DNA of 64,000 bases from Escherichia coli. Its GTDB lineage: Bacteria > Pseudomonadota > Gammaproteobacteria > Enterobacterales > Enterobacteriaceae. The position numbers were made by a program, and so were the translations under genes. The notes below the pieces were generated by a model, which was not told the origin of the DNA, ran no database searches, and was given only the letters and a program-made list of their open reading frames with translations. Shown piece after piece: positions 26,932 to 41,426 of this stretch; positions within the stretch are counted from its first letter, which is position 1; every line of letters starts with the position of its first letter. The stretch lies in NCBI RefSeq assembly GCF_048403405.1, contig NZ_CP183129.1; one strand, 5' to 3'.

Positions 26932-28018
26932 CGTAGCCGGTCTTTACGAAAAGTTTGATCGCAGAACTGGCAGAGTTTACTACCAGTATAAAAATCCTGT
27001 GACTGGAAAATTTCACGGACTCGGAACAGACAAAGGTAAGGCAGAAAAAATCGCTTCCACAGCCAATCAGCGAATAGCTGCAGCAGAAGCTGAATATTTC
27101 ATGCGCAAAATTGATGAAAGTCCGTCAGCAACAAAACGTCGGGGTATCAGATTAAAGGCATGGGTTGATCGATATCTGAAAATACAGGACACGCGACTGA
27201 AAAATGGAGATATTGCAGCTACAACTCACAAAGAAAAAACTCGAATGGCTGCATACCTGGTTTCCCGTCTGGGAAACCACCCATTGAAAGAACTGGAAGT
27301 AAGAGACTTTGCATTAATACTGGATGAGTGGCTGGATAAAGACATGGTCAGCACAGCGAGAGTAAATCGTGGATTATGGGTTGATATTTATAAAGAAGCA
27401 CAGCATGCAGGGGAAGTTCCTCCTGGATGGAATCCTCCGGAGGCTACCCGTAAACCGATCCCTAAAGTAACCAGAGCCAGGCTCACCATGGAAGACTGGC
27501 AAAAAATTTACAATGCAACGCCTGAAAAACACTTTATCCGTAACGCAATGCTTCTTGCGATTGTTACTGGTCAGCGCCGTGATGACATTTGCCACATGCG
27601 TTTTTCAGATGTGTGGAACGAACACTTGCATATCACCCAGGGAAAAACCGGAATGCGTCTGGCGTTACCGCTTACACTACGCTGTGATGCCATTGGGATA
27701 ACGTTAAAAGAAGTTATTGATGGGTGCCGAGACAGAATATTAAGTCCATATCTAATCCATAGTCGGCACCAGAAACAACCGAAGCCGATGAGTAAAGACA
27801 ACCTGAGCGACTACTTTGCCAAAGCACGGGATCTGGCTGGGATAATTCCACCAGCAGGAAAAACTCCGCCAACATTTCATGAACAACGCTCTCTATCAGA
27901 ACGGCTGTACCGTGCACAGGGTATCGATACAAAAACATTACTAGGACATAAAGTCCAGGCAACCACCGATCGCTATAACGATACTCGAGGTCAGGAATGG
28001 GTTAAGTTGGTTATTTGA
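26900..28018 (+). CDS. int: Tyrosine integrase (lambda Int family)
   Basis: 372 aa; C-terminal HEQRSLSERLY…LLGHK…RYNDTRGQEW resembles lambda Int catalytic region. Confidence 0.9.
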   Translation: MSPRPRKNSTDVAGLYEKFDRRTGRVYYQYKNPVTGKFHGLGTDKGKAEKIASTANQRIAAAEAEYFMRKIDESPSATKRRGIRLKAWVDRYLKIQDTRLKNGDIAATTHKEKTRMAAYLVSRLGNHPLKELEVRDFALILDEWLDKDMVSTARVNRGLWVDIYKEAQHAGEVPPGWNPPEATRKPIPKVTRARLTMEDWQKIYNATPEKHFIRNAMLLAIVTGQRRDDICHMRFSDVWNEHLHITQGKTGMRLALPLTLRCDAIGITLKEVIDGCRDRILSPYLIHSRHQKQPKPMSKDNLSDYFAKARDLAGIIPPAGKTPPTFHEQRSLSERLYRAQGIDTKTLLGHKVQATTDRYNDTRGQEWVKLVI

Positions 28019-28068
28019 CAAACACCATATGGAATATCCGTCACCATCTCAGGAAAAAAGTGTTGTAA

Positions 28069-28188
28069 AATGCGTGGCCTAGTTTTGGGGAAACGTTTTG
28101 GAGAGATTTTGGAGAAAGGAAAAAATTGAATAAATTCAAAATCCTGAAAGTGCTCCACCTTATGAATAAGAAGGTGGAACTCGAATGA
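28069..28188 (+). other. Attachment junction (attR-like) carrying a phage-supplied 3' end of potB
   Basis: Frame ending …KILKVLHLMNKKVELE-TGA with stop overlapping potC ATG (ATGA); last residues NKKVELE equal native PotB C-terminus as I recall it. Confidence 0.6.
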
Positions 28189-28979
28189 TCGGTCGACTGC
28201 TTCGCGGCGGTTTTATGACCGCTATCTACGCGTACCTGTATATTCCAATCATTATTTTGATTGTGAACTCGTTCAACAGCTCGCGCTTTGGCATCAACTG
28301 GCAGGGTTTTACCACTAAATGGTATAGCCTGCTGATGAACAACGACAGTCTGTTGCAGGCAGCTCAGCATTCATTGACGATGGCGGTGTTTTCAGCGACG
28401 TTTGCTACGCTTATCGGTTCACTGACTGCAGTTGCGCTGTACCGTTATCGCTTTCGCGGTAAACCGTTCGTTAGCGGAATGCTGTTCGTGGTGATGATGT
28501 CGCCAGATATTGTGATGGCGATTTCGCTGCTGGTGCTGTTTATGCTGCTGGGTATTCAGCTTGGCTTCTGGTCGCTGCTGTTCTCGCATATCACCTTCTG
28601 CCTGCCATTTGTGGTGGTGACAGTGTATTCGCGCCTGAAAGGTTTTGACGTGCGAATGCTGGAAGCGGCGAAAGATCTCGGTGCCAGCGAATTTACCATT
28701 CTGCGAAAAATCATTCTGCCACTGGCAATGCCAGCGGTAGCGGCGGGCTGGGTGTTAAGCTTTACCCTGTCGATGGACGATGTAGTAGTTTCTTCGTTCG
28801 TCACCGGACCAAGCTATGAAATTCTGCCGTTAAAAATTTATTCGATGGTCAAAGTCGGCGTATCGCCGGAAGTTAACGCGCTGGCAACCATATTACTGGT
28901 GCTGTCGCTGGTGATGGTAATTGCCAGCCAGCTTATTGCTCGTGATAAAACGAAAGGTAACACAGGGGACGTTAAATGA
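28185..28979 (+). CDS. potC: Spermidine/putrescine ABC transporter permease PotC
   Basis: 264 aa, full-length. Confidence 0.95.
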   Translation: MIGRLLRGGFMTAIYAYLYIPIIILIVNSFNSSRFGINWQGFTTKWYSLLMNNDSLLQAAQHSLTMAVFSATFATLIGSLTAVALYRYRFRGKPFVSGMLFVVMMSPDIVMAISLLVLFMLLGIQLGFWSLLFSHITFCLPFVVVTVYSRLKGFDVRMLEAAKDLGASEFTILRKIILPLAMPAVAAGWVLSFTLSMDDVVVSSFVTGPSYEILPLKIYSMVKVGVSPEVNALATILLVLSLVMVIASQLIARDKTKGNTGDVK

Positions 28980-30022
28980 AAAAATGGTCACGCCACCTGC
29001 TCGCGGCGGGTGCTCTGGCACTGGGCATGAGCGCCGCTCACGCCGATGACAACAACACGCTGTATTTCTACAACTGGACCGAGTACGTGCCGCCAGGACT
29101 GCTTGAGCAGTTCACCAAAGAAACCGGTATTAAGGTTATCTATTCGACTTACGAGTCGAACGAAACCATGTACGCGAAGCTGAAAACGTACAAAGACGGT
29201 GCCTATGACCTGGTGGTTCCTTCAACCTATTACGTCGATAAAATGCGTAAAGAAGGGATGATCCAGAAGATCGACAAGTCGAAGTTAAGCAACTTCAGCA
29301 ACCTCGATCCAGACATGCTCAACAAGCCGTTTGACCCGAATAACGACTACTCCATTCCGTATATCTGGGGGGCGACGGCGATTGGCGTTAACGGTGATGC
29401 GGTAGATCCGAAATCCGTTACCAGCTGGGCCGATCTGTGGAAGCCTGAGTACAAAGGCAGCCTGCTGCTGACCGACGATGCCCGTGAAGTGTTCCAGATG
29501 GCGCTGCGCAAACTGGGCTACTCCGGTAACACTACCGATCCGAAAGAGATTGAAGCTGCATATAACGAGTTGAAAAAACTGATGCCAAACGTCGCGGCGT
29601 TTAACTCCGATAACCCCGCTAACCCGTATATGGAAGGCGAAGTTAACCTCGGCATGATCTGGAACGGTTCTGCTTTCGTTGCACGCCAGGCGGGTACGCC
29701 AATTGATGTGGTGTGGCCGAAAGAAGGCGGCATTTTCTGGATGGACAGCCTGGCGATCCCGGCAAATGCCAAAAACAAAGAAGGCGCGCTGAAATTGATC
29801 AACTTCCTGCTGCGCCCGGATGTGGCAAAACAGGTTGCAGAAACTATCGGTTATCCAACGCCAAACCTTGCGGCGCGTAAGCTGTTAAGTCCGGAAGTGG
29901 CGAACGATAAAACGCTCTACCCGGATGCTGAAACCATTAAAAATGGTGAATGGCAGAATGACGTTGGCGCAGCCAGCAGCATTTATGAAGAGTATTATCA
30001 GAAGCTGAAAGCAGGACGTTAA
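28976..30022 (+). CDS. potD: Spermidine/putrescine periplasmic binding protein PotD
   Basis: 348 aa with signal peptide. Confidence 0.95.
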   Translation: MKKWSRHLLAAGALALGMSAAHADDNNTLYFYNWTEYVPPGLLEQFTKETGIKVIYSTYESNETMYAKLKTYKDGAYDLVVPSTYYVDKMRKEGMIQKIDKSKLSNFSNLDPDMLNKPFDPNNDYSIPYIWGATAIGVNGDAVDPKSVTSWADLWKPEYKGSLLLTDDAREVFQMALRKLGYSGNTTDPKEIEAAYNELKKLMPNVAAFNSDNPANPYMEGEVNLGMIWNGSAFVARQAGTPIDVVWPKEGGIFWMDSLAIPANAKNKEGALKLINFLLRPDVAKQVAETIGYPTPNLAARKLLSPEVANDKTLYPDAETIKNGEWQNDVGAASSIYEEYYQKLKAGR

Positions 30023-30030
30023 TTCAGCAA

Positions 30031-30060
30031 GCGGGCGGTGGTATTACCGCCCGTTTTTTA
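30031..30060 (+). terminator. Rho-independent terminator after potD
   Basis: GCGGGCGGT…ACCGCCCG stem followed by TTTTTT. Confidence 0.6.
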
Positions 30061-30079
30061 TTTAGCAAGGATGTGGCTA

Positions 30080-30541
30080 ATGAGTCAGGACAGTAGAGTT
30101 TTCTTTCGTATATTCCTCGGTATCGGTCTGGTACTGATCCTCATTTCTGTTGTTGTCTTTTATAACCAGTTCACCTATAGCAAAGACGCGATTCATACTG
30201 AAGGCGTCATTGTTGATACCGTCTGGCACTCCAGTCATTCTCATCGCACGGGTAAAAATGGTTCGTGGTATCCCGTCGTTGCCTTTCGTCCAACGCCAGA
30301 TTACACGCTAATTTTCAATTCGAGTATTGGCAGCGATTTTTATGAAGACAGCGAAGGCGATAAAGTTAATGTTTATTATTCTCCAGGACATCCTGAAAAG
30401 GCTGAGATAAATAACCCGTGGGTTAATTTTTTTAAATGGGGATTTATCGGCATTATGGGCGTTATTTTTATCTCCGTCGGTTTATTAATCAGTATGCCCT
30501 ACTCTAAAAAGACACGCAGGAAACGGAAGTCCCGCCCATGA
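30080..30541 (+). CDS. ymfA: Inner membrane protein YmfA
   Basis: ATG 30080 (MSQDSRVFF…) gives 153 aa. Confidence 0.8.
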   Translation: MSQDSRVFFRIFLGIGLVLILISVVVFYNQFTYSKDAIHTEGVIVDTVWHSSHSHRTGKNGSWYPVVAFRPTPDYTLIFNSSIGSDFYEDSEGDKVNVYYSPGHPEKAEINNPWVNFFKWGFIGIMGVIFISVGLLISMPYSKKTRRKRKSRP

Positions 30542-31323
30542 AAAAAATCATATTATTGCTCAGTTTACTGATACTCCTGCCTCTGACGGCAACCAGTAAT
30601 CCATTGATTCCAATAATGAAGACTCTTTTTACAGATGTTACAGGTACTGTACCAGATGCTGAAGAGATCGCGCATAAAGCCGAGCTTTTTCGCCAACAAA
30701 CCGGGATTGCGCCGTTTATCGTGGTTGTACCTGGCGTTAATGAAGCAAGCTTCAGGCAAAATGGCAAAGCGATGCTGGCGCATGCGTCATCTTCATTGAG
30801 TGATGTAAAAGGCAGCGTCCTGTTACTTTTTACCACCCGCGAGCCACGGTTAATTATGATAACCAACGGCCAGGTTGAAAGCGGTCTGGACGATAAACAT
30901 CTCGGCCTTCTGGTAGAAAATCACACTCAGGCTTATTTACATGCGGACCTCTGGTATCAGGGAATCAATAATGCATTGGCTGTTTTACAAGCACAGATAT
31001 TAAAACAACCGACGCCGCCACTGACATATTATCCGCATCCCGGACAACAGCAGGAGAATGATCCTCCCGGCAGTACCACGATATTAGGTCTTTTTGCCTG
31101 GGCAGTTGCATTCATCGTCTTTACTGCATTTTTTTACTACACGACGCGCCTTAATTATGCATTAAAGTTTGCAGTGGCGATGACTATTGCCAATATGGGT
31201 TATCAGGCTTTATGCCTGTATATCGATAATAGCTTTGCGATTACCAGAATATCGCCACTCTGGGCAGGACTGATTGGTGTCTGTACGTTTATTGCCGCGT
31301 TGTTATTGACGAGTAAACGGTAA
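30538..31323 (+). CDS. ycfZ: Inner membrane protein YcfZ
   Basis: 261-aa ORF with signal peptide and C-terminal TM segments. Confidence 0.85.
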   Translation: MKKIILLLSLLILLPLTATSNPLIPIMKTLFTDVTGTVPDAEEIAHKAELFRQQTGIAPFIVVVPGVNEASFRQNGKAMLAHASSSLSDVKGSVLLLFTTREPRLIMITNGQVESGLDDKHLGLLVENHTQAYLHADLWYQGINNALAVLQAQILKQPTPPLTYYPHPGQQQENDPPGSTTILGLFAWAVAFIVFTAFFYYTTRLNYALKFAVAMTIANMGYQALCLYIDNSFAITRISPLWAGLIGVCTFIAALLLTSKR

Positions 31324-31344
31324 AAGAGGCAGTAAAGTGTGCGT

Positions 31345-31445
31345 CTATTATGCCGGAGGCGGCGTAAACGCCTTATCCGGCCCACAAACCCGCAAATTCA
31401 ATTAATTGCGTCCCCTTGTAGGCCTGATAAGCGTAGCACATCAGG
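31345..31445. repeat. REP/BIME-like palindromic elements
   Basis: GCCGGAGGCGGCGTAAACGCCTTATCCGGCC and TGTAGGCCTGATAAGCGTAGCACATCAGGCA. Confidence 0.6.
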
Positions 31446-31459
31446 CAATTCTTCCCGCT

Positions 31460-32281
31460 TTATAAGCCCTTCAGCAACTTTTCAACAAACTCTGGCACCA
31501 CCTGGCTTGCCGGGCCGTAATATTTCTCGGCAAATTCATTACCGACCTGGCTTGGTTCAAGATTCAGTTCCACGGTGTGCGCGCCATGCAGTTTCGCTTC
31601 GTGAACAAACCCAGCTGCCGGATAAACATGCCCGGAAGTACCAATGGCAATGAAAATATCGGCCATCGACAACGCCATATAAATTTCATCCATGCCGAGT
31701 GGCATTTCGCCAAACCAAACGACGTGCGGGCGCAAGGGCGCCGGGAACTGGCAACAATGGCATTTATCTTCTGGCGTAACGTCTCCGGTCCAGTCGAGAA
31801 CCTGACCACTTTGCGAACAGCGAACTTTCAGCAGTTCCCCATGCATATGAATGACATTGGTATTACCTGCGCGTTCATGCAGGTTGTCGATATTCTGCGT
31901 CACCAGCAAAAAGCGATCGCCGAGGGCGTCTTGCAGTTTAGCCAGCGCAAGATGCGCGGCGTTAGGCTGAATTTCTGGCTGCTGTAGCTGTCGACGACGG
32001 GCGTTATAAAACGCTTGCACCAGTTCAGGATCGCGATCGAAACCTTCCGGCGTTGCCACATCTTCAACCCGATGTTCTTCCCACAGGCCATCTGCGGCGC
32101 GAAAGGTACGAATACCTGATTCCGCAGAAATCCCTGCCCCTGTCAGTACGAGTACTCTTGGTTTTTCCATTGCTTCCGGCACCACTTTATCTCTGAAAAA
32201 AATACGCTGACGCAAACGCTCGCGCAGACGGCGTTTATTTTTACGAAAACGACTTAACCGATGACCCCGACGCGACAGCAT
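31460..32281 (-). CDS. cobB: NAD-dependent protein deacylase CobB (Sir2 family)
   Basis: 273-aa ORF; possible premature stop relative to 279-aa reference (see findings). Confidence 0.9.
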   Translation of the reverse strand: MLSRRGHRLSRFRKNKRRLRERLRQRIFFRDKVVPEAMEKPRVLVLTGAGISAESGIRTFRAADGLWEEHRVEDVATPEGFDRDPELVQAFYNARRRQLQQPEIQPNAAHLALAKLQDALGDRFLLVTQNIDNLHERAGNTNVIHMHGELLKVRCSQSGQVLDWTGDVTPEDKCHCCQFPAPLRPHVVWFGEMPLGMDEIYMALSMADIFIAIGTSGHVYPAAGFVHEAKLHGAHTVELNLEPSQVGNEFAEKYYGPASQVVPEFVEKLLKGL

Positions 32282-32296
32282 AGCAACCTCTGTTGT

Positions 32297-33208
32297 TTAA
32301 TCGGTTAGATGTAGGAAAGCCGCACCACGCATTCCTCCCGCATCACCGTGGCGCGCGCGTTCAATGCGCGGAACACGAGCTACAGGTAAGAGATGACGAG
32401 GCAGCCTGTCCGCCAGTTGCGTTGTGATTGCCGGGAAATTCGATAAGCCACCACCAATGACGACCAGGTCAGGGTCAACAATGGTCAGGATATTTCCCAG
32501 ACAAACCGCTAATAAATCCAGATAACGCTCAACGTGCGCCCTTGCCTGCTCATCGCCTTGATCATAAAGCGCAATAATTTCGGGAGCCTGCAACGGTTGA
32601 TGATAATAGTGTTGATACAGCCATGCAAAACCGCGACCAGACAGATAATTTTCAATGCAGCCATGCTGACCACAGCCGCAGCGGCGTAACGGGAAATCCA
32701 GCCCCATCATGGTTAACGCATCAACCGGCAGACGCATATGGCCAAACTCGCCGGTAATATAGCTTTTACCGGTAATTGGTTTACCGTTGAAAATCAGCCC
32801 GCCGCCAACGCCGGTGCCGAGAATCAACCCCATCACCAGTGGATATTGAGTAAATTCATCATCCCAGGCTTCTGAAAGGGCAAAACAGTTGGCATCGTTA
32901 TCAAGGCGTACATCGCGATCAAGACGTGCACTCAGGTCGGCACGGAGCGGTTTACCGCTAGCAGCGGGGACATTGGCAGCATACAGCGTACCATCTTCTG
33001 TTTCCGGCATTCCCGGAATACCGATGCCGACAGAACCTTTACAGCCAAAACGCTTATCGGCTTCAGCCACCAGCTCGCACACTGCATCTAAAAATGCGTC
33101 ATAGCTGTCACGCGGTGTCGGCACCCGCTTTTCCCACTGCAACTGCCGACCGCTATCAAACACGCCAAGCGCAATTTTCGTTCCACCAATATCAAACCCG
33201 TAATACAT
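32297..33208 (-). CDS. nagK: N-acetyl-D-glucosamine kinase
   Basis: Start at [16 protein letters not shown] (303 aa). Confidence 0.9.
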   Translation of the reverse strand: MYYGFDIGGTKIALGVFDSGRQLQWEKRVPTPRDSYDAFLDAVCELVAEADKRFGCKGSVGIGIPGMPETEDGTLYAANVPAASGKPLRADLSARLDRDVRLDNDANCFALSEAWDDEFTQYPLVMGLILGTGVGGGLIFNGKPITGKSYITGEFGHMRLPVDALTMMGLDFPLRRCGCGQHGCIENYLSGRGFAWLYQHYYHQPLQAPEIIALYDQGDEQARAHVERYLDLLAVCLGNILTIVDPDLVVIGGGLSNFPAITTQLADRLPRHLLPVARVPRIERARHGDAGGMRGAAFLHLTD

Positions 33209-33236
33209 TGCCGCTCCTTGTTTTAATGTACTGCCT

Positions 33237-36485
<3,249 letters not shown>

Positions 36486-36635
36486 TCAATCGGCTAAAGT
36501 GCCTCATTTTATCATCGGCCATGTGGCCTGATCTTTATCTGAAAAATAACCAAATACAGACAGATACGCATTACACCTCGGGTCATAACCTGCAGGATCA
36601 ACCGCATGTAAATTAAAAAAGAGCGTGTTGTCCTG

Positions 36636-37709
36636 ATGAAACAAAAAGAGCTATGGATTAACCAGATCAAAGGGTTATGTATTTGTCTGGTGGTGATTTA
36701 TCACTCGGTCATTACCTTTTATCCGCATCTGAGCACTTTCCAGCATCCGTTATCGGAAGTCCTGAGCAAATGCTGGATCTATTTCAATCTTTACCTTGCA
36801 CCCTTTCGTATGCCGGTTTTTTTCTTTATATCCGGCTATTTGATTCGCCGCTATATCGACAGCGTACCGTGGGGAAATTGTCTCGATAAACGGATCTGGA
36901 ACATCTTCTGGGTGCTGGCGCTTTGGGGCGTGGTGCAGTGGCTGGCGTTAAGTGCGCTGAACCAGTGGCTAGCACCTGAGCGCGATTTAAGCAATGCCTC
37001 CAATGCCGCGTATGCCGATTCCACCGGTGAGTTCCTGCACGGGATGATCACCGCCAGCACCAGTTTGTGGTATCTGTATGCGTTAATTGTTTATTTCGTG
37101 GTATGTAAAATTTTTAGCCGTCTGGCGCTGCCACTATTCGCCTTGTTTGTACTGATGAGTGTGGCGGTTAATTTCGTTCCCACGCCGTGGTGGGGAATGA
37201 ACAGTGTGATCCGCAATTTGCCTTATTACAGCCTTGGCGCATGGTTTGGCGCAACATTAATGACCTACGTTAAAGAGGTGCCGTTGCGCCGCCATCTGCT
37301 GATGGCTTCTTTGCTAACCGTTCTGGCGGTCGGTGCCTGGTTGTTTACTATCTCGCTGCTGTTGTCGCTGGTATCGATTGTGGTGATCATGAAGCTGTTT
37401 TATCAATACGAGCAACGTTTCGGTATGCGCTCCACCAGCCTGCTGAATGTGATTGGCTCCAACACCATTGCTATCTACACCACCCATCGCATTCTGGTTG
37501 AAATATTCAGCTTAACTCTGCTTGCGCAAATGAACGCAGCACGCTGGTCGCCGCAAGTGGAATTGGCGCTCCTGTTGGTTTATCCCTTTGTCAGTTTGTT
37601 GATTTGTACTGTTGCGGGCTTGCTGGTAAGAAAACTTTCGCAGCGCGCATTCAGCGATCTGTTGTTCTCCCCGCCTTCTCTGCCCGCTGCCGTCAGTTAC
37701 TCCCGCTAA
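36636..37709 (+). CDS. ycfT: Inner membrane acyltransferase-family protein YcfT
   Basis: 357 aa multi-pass membrane protein. Confidence 0.85.
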   Translation: MKQKELWINQIKGLCICLVVIYHSVITFYPHLSTFQHPLSEVLSKCWIYFNLYLAPFRMPVFFFISGYLIRRYIDSVPWGNCLDKRIWNIFWVLALWGVVQWLALSALNQWLAPERDLSNASNAAYADSTGEFLHGMITASTSLWYLYALIVYFVVCKIFSRLALPLFALFVLMSVAVNFVPTPWWGMNSVIRNLPYYSLGAWFGATLMTYVKEVPLRRHLLMASLLTVLAVGAWLFTISLLLSLVSIVVIMKLFYQYEQRFGMRSTSLLNVIGSNTIAIYTTHRILVEIFSLTLLAQMNAARWSPQVELALLLVYPFVSLLICTVAGLLVRKLSQRAFSDLLFSPPSLPAAVSYSR

Positions 37710-37836
37710 GCCATCGCCCCAGCAGGGGCGATTCAATTTGCTAAACCATGTCGATTACGGATAATGAACAGCATTGCTTATCAGAGATATGCCCCCATAT
37801 GTTGAGGCATATCCTAACGAGAATCTGACAACCGTT

Positions 37837-40800
37837 ATGCCTGAACAATATCGTTATACGCTGCCCGTCAAAGCGGGTGAGCAGCGTCTGCTGGGCGAGT
37901 TAACCGGCGCTGCCTGCGCGACGCTGGTAGCGGAAATTGCCGAACGTCACGCCGGTCCGGTGGTACTTATTGCACCAGATATGCAAAATGCCCTGCGTTT
38001 GCATGATGAAATCAGCCAGTTCACCGATCAGATGGTGATGAATCTGGCGGACTGGGAAACCCTCCCTTACGACAGTTTTTCGCCTCATCAGGACATTATC
38101 TCCTCGCGTCTTTCCACCCTTTACCAGTTACCATCGATGCAGCGTGGCGTACTGATTGTTCCGGTGAATACGCTTATGCAGCGCGTTTGCCCGCACAGTT
38201 TTCTCCACGGCCATGCGCTGGTGATGAAAAAAGGTCAGCGCCTGTCACGAGATGCATTACGAACCCAACTGGACAGCGCAGGTTATCGCCATGTTGACCA
38301 GGTGATGGAGCACGGCGAATACGCCACGCGCGGCGCGTTGCTGGATCTCTTCCCGATGGGGAGTGAGCTGCCTTATCGTCTTGATTTCTTTGATGATGAA
38401 ATCGACAGCCTGCGGGTGTTTGACGTCGATAGCCAGCGCACGCTGGAGGAAGTAGAAGAGATCAATCTGCTGCCCGCGCACGAATTTCCGACCGATAAAG
38501 CGGCAATTGAACTGTTCCGCAGCCAGTGGCGTGATACCTTCGAAGTGAAGCGCGACCCGGAACATATTTATCAGCAAGTGAGTAAAGGCACATTACCTGC
38601 CGGGATCGAGTACTGGCAGCCGCTATTCTTCAGCGAACCGCTGCCGCCACTGTTCAGTTATTTCCCTGCCAATACGCTGTTGGTGAATACTGGCGATCTG
38701 GAAAACAGTGCCGAACGTTTCCAGGCTGACACGCTGGCGCGTTTTGAAAATCGCGGCGTCGATCCGATGCGTCCACTGTTGCCACCACAATCGCTCTGGC
38801 TGCGGGTAGACGAGCTCTTTTCAGAGCTGAAAAACTGGCCGCGTGTGCAGCTAAAAACTGAACATTTACCGACAAAAGCCGCGAATGCCAATTTAGGTTT
38901 CCAGAAACTGCCAGACCTGGCCGTTCAGGCACAACAAAAAGCGCCGCTGGATGCGCTGCGTAAGTTCCTCGAGTCTTTCGACGGTCCGGTGGTGTTCTCG
39001 GTAGAAAGTGAAGGTCGCCGTGAAGCGCTGGGTGAACTGCTCGCGCGAATTAAAATTGCTCCGCAACGCATTATGCGTCTTGATGAAGCCAGCGACCGTG
39101 GGCGTTATCTGATGATTGGCGCTGCCGAACATGGTTTTGTCGATACGGTACGTAATCTGGCGCTGATCTGCGAAAGCGATCTGCTCGGTGAACGTGTTGC
39201 CCGTCGTCGTCAGGACTCTCGCCGCACCATCAACCCCGATACACTGATCCGTAACCTCGCGGAGCTGCACATTGGTCAGCCGGTGGTCCATCTGGAGCAC
39301 GGCGTCGGGCGCTATGCCGGAATGACCACGCTCGAAGCTGGAGGCATTACTGGCGAGTATTTGATGCTCACCTATGCCAACGACGCCAAACTGTATGTTC
39401 CGGTGTCGTCACTGCATCTGATTAGCCGTTACGCAGGTGGCGCGGAAGAAAACGCCCCGCTGCATAAACTTGGCGGCGATGCGTGGTCACGCGCGCGGCA
39501 GAAAGCGGCGGAAAAAGTGCGTGATGTGGCGGCAGAATTACTGGATATTTACGCGCAACGCGCCGCCAAAGAGGGCTTCGCGTTTAAACACGATCGCGAG
39601 CAGTATCAGTTGTTCTGCGACAGCTTCCCGTTTGAAACCACGCCGGATCAGGCACAGGCCATTAATGCGGTACTTAGCGACATGTGTCAGCCGCTGGCAA
39701 TGGATCGTCTGGTGTGCGGCGATGTTGGCTTTGGTAAAACAGAAGTGGCGATGCGCGCCGCTTTCCTGGCAGTAGATAACCACAAGCAGGTGGCGGTGCT
39801 GGTGCCTACCACCCTTCTCGCGCAGCAGCATTACGACAACTTCCGCGACCGTTTCGCCAACTGGCCGGTACGTATCGAAATGATCTCCCGTTTCCGCAGC
39901 GCCAAAGAGCAGACGCAAATCCTTGCGGAAGTGGCGGAAGGGAAAATCGATATTCTGATCGGTACGCACAAACTGCTGCAAAGTGACGTCAAGTTTAAAG
40001 ATTTAGGCCTGCTGATTGTCGATGAAGAACACCGCTTCGGGGTGCGTCATAAAGAGCGCATTAAAGCGATGCGCGCGAACGTGGATATTCTGACGCTTAC
40101 CGCTACGCCGATCCCACGTACGCTGAATATGGCGATGAGCGGAATGCGCGATCTGTCGATTATTGCCACGCCGCCCGCCCGTCGTCTGGCGGTCAAAACG
40201 TTTGTCCGCGAGTATGACAGTCTGGTGGTCAGGGAGGCGATCCTGCGTGAAATTTTGCGCGGGGGGCAGGTTTATTATCTTTACAATGATGTGGAAAACA
40301 TCCAGAAAGCCGCCGAACGGCTGGCGGAACTGGTGCCAGAAGCGCGTATTGCTATCGGTCACGGGCAGATGCGTGAGCGCGAGCTGGAACGGGTGATGAA
40401 TGATTTCCATCATCAACGTTTCAACGTGCTGGTTTGTACCACCATTATCGAAACCGGGATCGACATCCCGACTGCCAACACCATAATCATTGAACGCGCG
40501 GATCACTTCGGTCTGGCGCAACTGCACCAGTTACGCGGTCGCGTCGGACGTTCGCATCATCAGGCATATGCATGGCTGCTGACGCCGCATCCAAAAGCGA
40601 TGACTACCGATGCGCAAAAACGTCTTGAAGCGATTGCCTCGCTGGAAGATCTCGGGGCAGGTTTTGCGCTGGCAACGCACGATCTGGAGATTCGCGGCGC
40701 GGGTGAACTGCTTGGCGAAGAACAAAGCGGCTCAATGGAAACCATCGGTTTCTCGCTGTATATGGAGTTGCTGGAAAACGCCGTCGATGCGCTGAAAGCC

Positions 40801-41283
40801 GGACGCGAGCCGTCGCTGGAAGATCTCACCAGTCAGCAAACAGAAGTCGAGCTGCGGATGCCGTCGCTGTTGCCGGATGATTTCATTCCTGACGTGAATA
40901 CGCGTTTGTCGTTCTATAAACGTATTGCCAGCGCCAAAACGGAAAACGAACTGGAAGAGATCAAAGTTGAGCTTATCGATCGCTTCGGCCTGCTGCCGGA
41001 TCCGGCGCGTACCCTGCTGGATATTGCCCGTCTGCGCCAGCAAGCGCAGAAACTGGGGATCAGGAAGCTGGAAGGTAATGAGAAAGGCGGCGTGATCGAA
41101 TTTGCCGAGAAGAATCACGTTAATCCGGCCTGGTTGATTGGTTTGCTGCAAAAACAGCCGCAGCATTACCGCCTTGATGGTCCGACGCGCCTGAAGTTTA
41201 TTCAGGATTTGAGTGAGCGGAAAACGCGTATCGAATGGGTACGCCAGTTTATGCGTGAACTGGAAGAGAACGCCATCGCTTAA
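37837..41283 (+). CDS. mfd: Transcription-repair coupling factor Mfd
   Basis: ATG 37837 (MPEQYRYTLPVKAGEQ…) gives 1148 aa; helicase motifs GFGKTEVA, DEEHRFG. Confidence 0.95.
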   Translation: MPEQYRYTLPVKAGEQRLLGELTGAACATLVAEIAERHAGPVVLIAPDMQNALRLHDEISQFTDQMVMNLADWETLPYDSFSPHQDIISSRLSTLYQLPSMQRGVLIVPVNTLMQRVCPHSFLHGHALVMKKGQRLSRDALRTQLDSAGYRHVDQVMEHGEYATRGALLDLFPMGSELPYRLDFFDDEIDSLRVFDVDSQRTLEEVEEINLLPAHEFPTDKAAIELFRSQWRDTFEVKRDPEHIYQQVSKGTLPAGIEYWQPLFFSEPLPPLFSYFPANTLLVNTGDLENSAERFQADTLARFENRGVDPMRPLLPPQSLWLRVDELFSELKNWPRVQLKTEHLPTKAANANLGFQKLPDLAVQAQQKAPLDALRKFLESFDGPVVFSVESEGRREALGELLARIKIAPQRIMRLDEASDRGRYLMIGAAEHGFVDTVRNLALICESDLLGERVARRRQDSRRTINPDTLIRNLAELHIGQPVVHLEHGVGRYAGMTTLEAGGITGEYLMLTYANDAKLYVPVSSLHLISRYAGGAEENAPLHKLGGDAWSRARQKAAEKVRDVAAELLDIYAQRAAKEGFAFKHDREQYQLFCDSFPFETTPDQAQAINAVLSDMCQPLAMDRLVCGDVGFGKTEVAMRAAFLAVDNHKQVAVLVPTTLLAQQHYDNFRDRFANWPVRIEMISRFRSAKEQTQILAEVAEGKIDILIGTHKLLQSDVKFKDLGLLIVDEEHRFGVRHKERIKAMRANVDILTLTATPIPRTLNMAMSGMRDLSIIATPPARRLAVKTFVREYDSLVVREAILREILRGGQVYYLYNDVENIQKAAERLAELVPEARIAIGHGQMRERELERVMNDFHHQRFNVLVCTTIIETGIDIPTANTIIIERADHFGLAQLHQLRGRVGRSHHQAYAWLLTPHPKAMTTDAQKRLEAIASLEDLGAGFALATHDLEIRGAGELLGEEQSGSMETIGFSLYMELLENAVDALKAGREPSLEDLTSQQTEVELRMPSLLPDDFIPDVNTRLSFYKRIASAKTENELEEIKVELIDRFGLLPDPARTLLDIARLRQQAQKLGIRKLEGNEKGGVIEFAEKNHVNPAWLIGLLQKQPQHYRLDGPTRLKFIQDLSERKTRIEWVRQFMRELEENAIA

Positions 41284-41426
41284 TGGTAAATCGGGGGCGT
41301 TTCTGCGCCCCCATCTGCAACATTTACAAATTCTTTGCACTTCCCTGCACTATCCGACACTGTCACCATCCATAATTCAGGCTTATCTGTTTATTACAAT
41401 AACCTTATATTTATTATGGATTTTTG

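Larger units (their letters stand above)
1..28188. mobile_element. Lambdoid prophage, one arm (head genes continue beyond window start); int-proximal end at potB/potC junction
   Basis: Contiguous phage gene order C-B-W-A-Nu1-cos-lysis-Q-nin-P/O-immunity-dicB operon-exo-xis-int; lambda-type cosN; int next to host junction. Confidence 0.9.

Noticed and set aside
41290-41315. Hairpin after mfd (GGGGGCG-TTTCT-GCGCCCCC)
   Set aside because: Strong stem but not followed by a T-run on the plus strand, so not called as an intrinsic terminator
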